From Lama glama (lineage: Eukaryota), in assembly GCA_028534125.1 (NCBI GenBank), contig CM052816.1, positions 82,896,001 through 82,960,000 on the forward strand: 64,000 nucleotides of DNA, written 5' to 3'. Below the pieces are notes generated by a model. The model ran no database searches. It was not told the DNA's origin and worked only from the letters and a program-made list of their open reading frames with translations. Shown in pieces: positions 54,965 through 64,000 of the stretch (position 1 is its first letter; each line of letters opens with the position of its first letter). The position numbers were made by a program, and so were the translations under genes.

Positions 54965-57900
54965 TTCTCACTAACTTTCTGTAACAGCTAGAATAATTTT
55001 GGATTTTAGAGAGAGAAAGAGAAATCAATAAAAAAAAAAAAGAGCAGCAGGGAGAGAAAGAGGTTGTTCTGCTGTAACACAAGTTTCATTTCTAAGATCA
55101 TGAGTTAACAATCATTATATGAATAAGTTTACATTTTGGAAGAAAACGTGCTAGGGAGTTTCCAACTAGCAAAAACTCCCTTACCTAAGAAGAATTTGAA
55201 TGGCAGAGGTTTTTTGCATTACGTAACAGCATGGAGAAAAATCTTCAAGTTATAGTAGCAAATGTGTACTCTAGGGAGGTCTTTATTTGCTGAAATAAAC
55301 ATATGAATAAGACCCATATCCTGGGATAAGTTCTTGAAGGTCATAGGGCCTCCAAAGAGCATGTATTAGAAAATGTTTATTGTTCTACTAATTACCAGGT
55401 TTCTGTTTGCTGAGCTAAGTATATCGATTAAGAGTGAAAAATAAATTGCTTAGGAGAATTCAGAAAAAAAATTTAGCAGTTCAGTGATGAAAGAAGGGAA
55501 TGATAAATTATGTAGCAGAGAAAAGGAACTTTGCTGCCAGAACAGAAATTCTGAATTGGAAATGTCATGAAAATACCCCTGATACAAGTAAAATATGAAT
55601 CTTTCCCCCCACTCATCTTCCTCTCCTTCAAACAAACAGCTGTTGGCAGAACACAAACATTGGTCTCTACTCATTAGACCTTATCATATCCAGGTAACTG
55701 TATGTAATCTAAGGTAGAGGAGAAATACCTGTGCCATACGAGTACACTCAAAACGGGAACAGAAAACCTAGCTTTCTCTATTCTCAACCCATCCTCTGTG
55801 GTCCTCTATTTAAATGACTTTCATCTGTCTGATTCTTCCATTATATTGTAGAGGCCACGCTTTCATCCTGTATTATTCTCTCCACAACCTCCCGCCTTGT
55901 TCCACCTCTTCAGAATCTAAAACAATGCTTTAGATATCGCACACCAGCAATGTTTAAAATATCATTTTAAAAGGGACAAAAAAAAAGCATCTTAACTTTT
56001 AAATACTATCTTCTTTGCTAACTGTTACTATTACCCCTTCTGTATGCAACAAACAAGACAATAAGACAGACATTTTTAAGCCCTTAGAATTATCTTATGG
56101 TTAAAATCAATCTAGAAAAGAAATAGAGAGGCCTCAACTGTACCTTCTATCTGTTTAAGGAATAAAGCAGCCTGGAATCAAATGCTGTTTGCATCGTCTT
56201 TGAGGAATTCTTGCAAAGACTGATGTAGAAGAATAATCTTTTTTGGGAGCTGTAGTAAATCTTACCAACAAGTATCCCTATACTCCCTATCTTCTAAACA
56301 TGACTTTAAAATAAATAGATTAGTTCTATTACTGGCAGCATCAGTATTTTGTTGCTTTTAGAAATAGATCGTTTGCCTATAAAATATTTCAAAAATGCTC
56401 CACAGGTGTTATTTCGTATTCTGCAATGTCTTACTATTATTTATAGCTATAAACATTGCATTCCCCAAAATGTTTTGTAAAGTCAGAATTCCAGTACCCC
56501 TTTAAAGGGCTATAAACCAAAAAGTATTATCACTGTCACAAATTATTGCTTCACCAATATCCATACCAAAATGTACTTTGTGATTATTATTATTATATAT
56601 TACTATATATCTACTAATCATTCTCTGATTTTATTCAAGGAAGTCTATTCTGTACAGAATTCCATTTTTAAAATATAAAGAATGATTTCTGCTTTCATAA
56701 CTCTAATACAATCACGGTCATACATTAAGGTTTATTCTAATTCCAGACCAATACATGACATTGCAGAAAACAAATAGCTTTTTTTTTCTAACAGACTAAA
56801 CAAAATATCTAGAAGCATGAACAAGCAATTATTATGTTTCTTCATCTTGGAAAACTTCTTACTGTTGCCATAAATCCCAGTGAATTATACTTCTTTTATA
56901 TACATAAAAAAAGATAATGGTTATAACCCCACTATGTGAATTTCAACTTTCACCTCTCTCACTAAAGTTAAAAGTTATCTTCCAAAGCTTTTAGAGGGCT
57001 GCTGCCCTTTTCAAACTGCATTTCTAGTACATCAGTCTTATTGATTTATTCATAGTAAATGTTACCCGCTCATTCTTTGTGTGTGAAACTGAAGAAGGCT
57101 GCATAAGTGCTTCCTCAACCCTGGCAACCATCTCAGATCTAACTTGGCTCAACAGTAAAAACACATTCTCTCTGGTCAGAACAATGGGCAGCTGAAGAGG
57201 GAAAATGGGGCTCTCAGTGCCAACCAGAACAGGCCATAAATTCTAGTTTACCACCAATATCAAATGTGAAATGTTTTACCATTCCAGGAACTACTACTTC
57301 CAGAAAGCGACAGAGCCTCTCTACTAATGAAAGCATTGATCCTGAACTGAACTCTGAGTGCGTGATATAAATCGGAGGAGCCTTTTTGGAGAAATCCATT
57401 TGTGAGTCTCAAAGTCCTTCAGTTTAACACAAGTAAATGCATATCAAAAGAAACGAGGGAGGCAGCTTAATTCTACCATGCAAAGTACTTACAAAGAAAA
57501 AAAAAAAGACCTCTTTTGGTTATACTGAGATATCTCACCTCCTTTTACTTACATATTTATTTATTCATGTTATTTTAACTTTTTAGCCTTGATTTTGCAT
57601 AGTATATTTTATTTCATGTGCCACTTTATACTGCACTAAATGACTCACTAACACGTAAAGATTTATAAGAAAGAGAAAAACCTGCAAAACCTTTATTTTT
57701 GACCAATAACCAAACAAAATATATAGCAGGTAAGCTTTCCTTTTTATTATGTCTATTGGCTATCTGTTGAAAAGAATCAGGTAGGAACCACATTGTCTGT
57801 CCTTTCCTAACTATGTGAAAAAGCAAGAATGATTTGACCTAAGTAGTCTGATCCCCAGCACTCATTCTCTAGTTCAGAATCTAGAAAGATAACAACCAAA

Positions 57901-60136
57901 TTTATACTATAATAGAAACAATGGTGAAGTTATTATTTTCTGGAAAGCAAACAACACCAGAAGATTTTCTTTATTGTCTGGTCCTGACCCAGTCAGTGAT
58001 GTGGCAGTGGGGCTGGTGTGCAGGGAAGGAAGTTCTAAGCTGATTCTCAGTGCCTCACAGTTAAATATAAATTGCCAAGAAGCACCTAACATTTGAGATA
58101 AGCATTTAACATGAAACTACGGTAACAATAATATACTAAAATGGGTAACAGAGACAATGTTTGGAGGTCAGGAAAAAAATATAGAAAAAATATATTTAAA
58201 GGTGAAAAGTATGGCCCTCTAAAGAGAGAAGGAAGGAAGGAAAGAAGGAAAACAAAAAAGGTAGGAGAAAAGAAAAAGAAATATAAAAGGAAATTCAGGA
58301 AAAAAGGAAAAAAATTAATATATGTTATAGCAGAATTTTTTTAGAACTAGAGAACTTGGCAGAAAAATTGAAGAAATCTTATAAGAAGGGTAATAAGATA
58401 TTAAAAATAAGAAAAATATAATTCTCTTTCTTTTTGCTTTTTAGTAAAAGTATCAGGATAAATATGTAACCAAAGTCTAGTTGTTCAATTGAACCAAATG
58501 AGGTTCTCAGTTAACAATCCCGATAACTAATGTGAACAATGTCAGCAATAACATTAGCTGAGTTGTTTTTTTGTTTCTTCTAAAGATTTCTACTTATTTC
58601 ATCCTTCAAAATTTAATCATGCTCATGTCCATCATTAGTAGAATGCATAATATTCTATAACAGTATTCTCTATACATTTGACTTTAAAAGAATACTTTAC
58701 TAGAATGGTGATTTCTTCAAACTTTGTTTACCTCATACACTGCATATATTTGTATCCCAATAATAATAATCAATAAAGAAAAAGATACAGGGAAATTATG
58801 CTAAACATACTCTGCAGGAACTACGCTCAACTGAAATGATTTTAAATATCACTTGGGATAATAAGTCATAATATTGATAAGATTATGTGTGAGCAAGTTT
58901 TAACCCTCAGTGTGAAATCGAGAGGAAGAAGGATGAAAATCTGTCCTCCTCTAGGATAGTTTTCTTTATTACGGATAATTCATTATCAGGCCTAGTTTTG
59001 TTCTCATTTAATCAGAATGCTGTCTCATTAAAACCATATACTATATCAACATTTTGAACTTTCCCTATGTCAAAGATACTAAAATCTATTAGGCCCTAAA
59101 AGATTTTGATAATACGCCCATTCATCTTAATGTATTTTGTACTTTGACAGTATCTGTTACAAAACTTTTCCACTTTTCTCAGTTTTATATTCACTAATAT
59201 TAATTCAACAGATGAATCCAACATGTTTATAAAGAAATCAGTTATCTAAAGTGATGTCTGTTTTCATTCTCTACTTCATAACTCCTTCTTCCTACCCTCT
59301 AGCCTCAGGCCAAAAAGGATTTGCACTACTGCCAAAAAGTAATTTCTCCACTTAAGTTTTCACTTTATAGCCCAACCTGAGTCCTGTACACTTCAGTTTT
59401 TATTCTCCTTTATAACTTTTAATTTCATCAAACAGCTAAATGATCAAGGAACACAGAGATAAGCACTTAACCCTGATGCTGTCATTTTATCTTTAAACTA
59501 CATCCCTCCTTTTAAATGACTAATAACTAAGGATTTGTGTCTCTCAACCACCACCTTTCCATTCTCCTATTCTTTCCTAAACTCCTCCTATTTTTATTCT
59601 CAACTATGAAATATATCAGGAATTCACAGATCACAAAACAAATAGTTGTTTCCAAGCCCACATTTTCCTGGACTTCTTTGAAACCAGTTCTGCTTCTTTG
59701 GGTCCTTTGTTTTATTTCTCAGCCTTCACCTTTCTTTGCTCATTAATGAATGCAATGTGTGTATTTCCAATTGTCTATGGTTACTTGCATATGGGTGTAT
59801 TTTCTTATTTTAACATAATATATCTGTATCTAAACTCATGATCATCAAATGATGTATACACACTGGCTTTTCTGTGTCTATCAATTACATAACTAAACAA
59901 TAGGATCAAAGTTATTAAGTGACCTTTCCTTCCCATGTCACTTAAGACTTCTAAACGATATTCTTTCTTGCCTTTTAACCTTCCTGCAAAAGGTAATGCA
60001 GATATTTACCAAATTATAGTTCACAGAACTTAAATATCCATCACTTTAAGGTGACAGGAATAAGAATAGTGGTAAATTCTTAAATTTTTTGTTATATCTT
60101 TAATATACTTATTTATGCTAACTAAAGACTTTATTT

Positions 60137-62496
60137 CAAATAAAAATTAGCAACAAAAAAATTGAGAGCTATTCCCCTGGGTGAGAAGGAATGAGGGCAA
60201 GAAATTTCCCACGGGTAGGCCTTGAGGAGTCACGATAATTCCCTTCCTGGTCCCTGAGCTGGACAATCTCAGCAAGTGCAGGGCCTTAGACCAGAGTCCA
60301 CCTACCAAGGTGGGCTTCAGGCTGGGGTCGGTCCTGGGAGTGGACAGAGTCGGGCAGCACGGGCAAAGGCCAACAACAGGTTCAAGCCCCAAGTATCAAG
60401 ATCCTATATTGCCCCCATTCCTAGGACCCAGAACAGATTAAGAAGACAGCTAGCAGGTAGATATCCTCAGACTCTGGCCAGAAAAGGCCTCAGAGTCCCT
60501 CACCTTTATCACTTTGTTCTCTGGAGGACAGTAAGTCCTGGAGACTTTTAGGTGGTAGCACTGCCATGGGTGAGAGGTAGGGAAACCCCACCAAGTCCGG
60601 GCACTCACAGCTGATTCTCACATCCCCCCATCCCGGGAAGTTCTACATTAGCAGAGGCGGGTTACCTGCCTCAGGTTGTCCTGCATCTCGGAAGTGGCCT
60701 TGTTGACAGACGTGGTCCCTCCAGAGGAGCGGCCGCTCAGGGGCAGGCACATCTGCTCCAAAAGCGCCTCCCGCTGAAGAGGTGCTGGTGTCTCGGGAAG
60801 CAGCTGAGCAAAGCCCAGAGGGGTGTCTGTCCGTCGTACCGTGGAGACCTTCCTCACAACCCTCCAATGAAGGCACCGCCTGACTCAGGAACGCAAACAC
60901 CCTCCGTTCTTCCTCAGGGAGGGTCCTGCTCTTCGTGCCGACGCCGCAGCGCCGCGCTCCAGCCACGGAGAACGCGAAGTGAACCGCGCGGATGGACATG
61001 CGCACAGCCTCCACGCCGCGCAGCGTGCCCCGTGGCGCCTTAAAGGCGCCGGCGATGTCGCCCGGTGAACCCCGGGGTCGGCTTGGCCGGGCACTGCGAG
61101 GAAGTGCGGCTGGCCTGGGTCAGCTGCAGGCTCTTCAGGTGCTGCCAGAAAATCCCGCGCCTTTGCTGCAGCGTGGGAAGGTCAAAGGAGACCTGTCGTT
61201 CGAGTGGGTCCGGCTTCAGCGGAGCGTTGTCCACAGTGTCGGCGCGGCTGGGCGACACCGGGATGGTGACGACGTGGCTAAGGGTTGGTGGTGCCCATTC
61301 CACCCATTTCCACCTGGAGCCGGCTGGGCGTCTGCCCCTCCTCGGTGCTGGAGAAGCCCGACGTGGCTAGCGGTGGAGTGCTTCATGTTTTCCGCACGGA
61401 TTTCCTCAGCGCGGGGCTCTGCGCGGAAGCCGCCCTCCACAGACTCCGGGCGGGTCCCTGCAGGAAGGACACCAGGGCCTCCGCCACTGCCGGCTCGGCC
61501 CGCGGTGTCTCCGCAGGGCCGGGAGCGAACAACGGGCGCGCCCCTCTATCAGAACTGAACTGGAGGAATGGCGCTCTCTGCTCTCCACAGAATCTTCGAC
61601 TTCCGGTTTGGCTTCGCCCCTTGAAGCTGCGTCCTTTTCCCATCTGTGTGCTGTCTTCAGCCGCGAAAGGAGCAATTTTAATCTGATTAAAAGCACTGAA
61701 TCTTCCTTACTTTGCTGTCCTTCCAGCCAGAAGGAAGACATACCACAGGTGGTCAAACCCACTGCTGTCATCCTCAAGGCAGAGAGGAGAAGGCATTTCC
61801 AAAAAAGCCCTTACGCTTATAGGAAATTGGGATCCTGACCTTGCCTGCCTTACTCAGCTCTTGTTTAGCTGTTGCAAGCTTAATCTGAAATGTGTTGGTA
61901 TTTGCAAACTGCATTCCGTGTATCAGGGCCATCTGAGGCCCTCCGAACACCACGGTTCTGCGGTGCAGGTAAGCCAAAACCACCTGACCCTCTGCATTCC
62001 GCCCTCGGCCAGCATCTCGGAGCAAAGGCGGTCCAGGAAATGATATACCTCTTTTGGTGCTGAACGATTCCAGCAGGCTCATAAGGACAGCGATGACAAG
62101 GTGAGCAGATGTTCCTGTTACAGCTCATCTTTCCTATCCTTGAGGTTTCTCTCCTCTTCCTCATCCTCAGGTATCCTCCCTGGATTTATCATTGTCCTTA
62201 GTCCTCTGCTTCGTACTTGAGGTGTTAAAACAGTAAGTACCACCTAGAAGTTTATTGAGTCTGATTGCATTCTGGACTAGCTGTTTTTTTCAACAACAAT
62301 CCGCTGATCCCTTCAAAGGCAGGGGTTAGCAGCTGAAACTGCAAGCACCGTAGGCTCGGCCTTCAGCCTGTATGAGGCTGGCCTGAGGTCTGTGGACAAA
62401 ATTTAGCCACCTCCTCCTGGCCCGATGAAAAGGCCTAGGTTCCCACCCAAGCCGGCCCTAAAGCCACCCAGAATCCAGCCCAAGCCCTGGCATAGG
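60137..62496 (-). pseudogene. SPG7: Processed pseudogene (retrocopy) of SPG7/paraplegin, near full length, multiply frameshifted
   Basis: Minus-strand translations match paraplegin collinearly with no introns (parent sequence from memory): LQFQLLTPAFEGISGLLLK (~62345-62290) ~ LQLRLLTPTFEGINGLLLK; YLHRRTVVFGGPQMALIHGMQFAN...RIPISYKRKGFFGNA (ORF 61774-62082) ~ [24 protein letters not shown]...RIPVSYKRTGFFGNA; MGKGRSFK ~ MGKGVSFK; DLPTLQQRRGIFWQHLKSLQLTQ...TPGFTG (ORF 61040-61303) ~ [23 protein letters not shown]...TPGFSG; KVSTVRRTDTPLGFAQLLP and LEQMCLPLSGRS...QDNLRQVTR (ORF 60648-60857) ~ KVSITPRTNAALGFAQMLP and FERMCMALGGRA...QDDLRKVTR. Matches hop between frames and contain stops. Candidate TSD gactttattt at 60127-60136 and 62497-62506. 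Confidence 0.95.
60680..61670. promoter_or_regulatory. CpG island within the SPG7 retrocopy (putative promoter/regulatory element)
   Basis: Hand count gives ~28 CpG in 60901-61080 versus ~2 in 62101-62340. It is GC-rich against an AT-rich window. ETS-type motifs: ACCGGAAGT (minus, 61599-61607) and CGGAAGTG (60689-60696). The CpG density is seen directly; function is inference. Confidence 0.55.
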
Positions 62497-62559
62497 GACT
62501 TTATTTTCTTTCCTAGTTGAAGTGCTTTTTATTTTTAGATCACTGAAAAACATTTAATA

Positions 62560-63855
62560 TAAAACTCTTTTAAAAATGAAAATAATAATGAAAAAATAAA
62601 ATCATGTTCAACATGATTCACTAGATTATGACAATCCAGTTAGAAGAGGTAAGAATAATCCTTGAGCTTGAAAAAAGGTCAAAAGAAATGACCTAATCTG
62701 AAAATCAAACACAGACTCAAACACAGAAGTAAAAAGTGAAAAAAGAGAGAGAGAGAGGAGGAAATAACAGTCTGTGACCTTTGTGATAGTATCAGTCTAA
62801 CATATGTCTCTTAAATGCAGAATGAGAGGACTGAAAGAATGGGGCAGAAACACAATTGAAAAATTAACACCAGTAATTCTTAGAATTTGGGGAAAAGCAT
62901 AAATTTATAGAGCAAAGAAGCTCAGTGAACTACTGAGAAGATAAGTAAAAAGAAAACCACATAGTCAAAGTACAGACAGCCAGAGGCTAAGGAAAAATCT
63001 TGAAATCACTACAGAAAAATGACACATTGCACATAGAGGAATAATGATATGAAGAACAGTCTCATTAAAAATGGTAGGGAGACAGGGAAATCAGGATATA
63101 GGCGAGGACATAGCCTTAAAAAATGAAAGTGAAAGGAACACATATATACAATAAGTGAGAAACTTAAATTATAACATAAAACTACATAATTAAGATAGTG
63201 TGCTATTGGGATGAAAATAGGAAGAAAATCAGTGGAATAGACTAAAGAATTCAGCAATAGACAAACACAAGTTTATTTAATTTTTGGCAAAGGTGCCAAA
63301 GCATTTCAATGGGGAGATAAAGTCTTTTAAGCAAATGATTGTGCAACAACTGGATACACATAAAGAATAATTAAACCTTAATTCCACCTCTAATAGCACA
63401 CAAAAATATTAGATTGAGATGGAGCAAAACTTAAATGTAAAAGTTACAATTCTAAAAGTTTGGGAAAAAGCAACAGTGCATTCTTTATGCAACCTGAGAT
63501 AGGCAAAGATTTCTTAGAATATAGAAAGGAATAATAAGAAAGAGAAAACATAATAAACTTGACTTCATTAAAATCAGACTTTATCTAAATAGGGAAATTA
63601 ATAAAATGCACAAGCAGTATTTGTAACTGACAAAAGGCCTGTATAAAAAAATATGTAACATACTCTTACAACTCAACAATAAAGAGAATCTAACAAAAAT
63701 GGACAGAAAACTTGGATACTTCACAAATAAAGATGTACAAGTTTCCAATAAACATGAGGAAAAAGTTCAATGTTACTCATAAGGAAAACTTTAAAGTCAA
63801 ATTTATATACATTCCCTAGAATGGCTAAACTTTAGAAATTTGTTAACACTAAATG
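62560..63855 (+). mobile_element. Old L1 fragments (ORF1 and ORF2 3' remnants)
   Basis: aagaagctcagtgaac...aaaatcttgaaa (ORF1-like); tttttggcaaaggtgccaaagcatttcaatgggga...ggcaaagatttcttaga...acaactcaacaat (ORF2-like). Confidence 0.75.
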
Positions 63856-64000
63856 TGTTACCAAGTCCAAACTTGTTCTGCTCGCCACATGACAGGCCAG
63901 TAAATCAGGAGATGAGATGCTGAGGCAAGGAGTAGTGGCTTGATTTGGAAAGCTGACAGACCGAGAAGATGGCAGACTAATGTCCTGGAGAACCATCTTC
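63856..64000 (-). mobile_element. ERV LTR 3' end (continues beyond window)
   Basis: Abrupt compositional change; tgttaccaagtccaaacttgttctgctcgccacatgacaggccag...gaccgagaagatggcagactaatgtcc resembles reverse-oriented ERV1-type LTRs of artiodactyls. Confidence 0.65.

Noticed and set aside
57150..57370. Plus-strand open frame ending ...IDPELNSECVI-stop
   Set aside because: No convincing acceptor or start, not a true CaaX, no recognisable homology.
60992..61558. 188-aa plus-strand ORF (and overlapping ORFs at 60276-62164)
   Set aside because: Antisense or alternate frames of the GC-rich SPG7 retrocopy, where stop codons are rare; no recognisable domain. Ribo-seq would be needed to revive it.
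60137..62496. Functional SPG7 gene or intact retrogene
   Set aside because: No introns, no start codon, multiple frameshifts and stops, catalytic motifs lost.

Overview
AT-rich, repeat-dense mammalian genomic DNA. It is very likely camelid, judged from a camelid-type tRNA-derived SINE at ~54.9 kb and cetartiodactyl-type L1 3' ends. There is one 500-N assembly gap. No intact protein-coding gene could be supported. The window is mostly LINE-1 fragments of several ages (some nested, with readable target-site duplications), L2, MIR, MaLR/ERV LTRs and microsatellites. The one gene-derived feature is an old, intronless, frameshifted retrocopy of SPG7 (paraplegin, mitochondrial m-AAA protease) on the minus strand at ~60.14-62.50 kb. 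Its Walker A, Walker B and HEXXH motifs are destroyed. Even so, the middle of its former CDS is a dense CpG island with ETS-type motifs and outward-facing splice donors, while the part derived from the parent's CpG-rich first exon is CpG-poor. This suggests a dead retrocopy reused as a promoter or regulatory island, or a focus of GC-biased substitution, and it is the best lead in the window. Gene and repeat family names come from recognition without a database search; repeat boundaries without TSDs are approximate.
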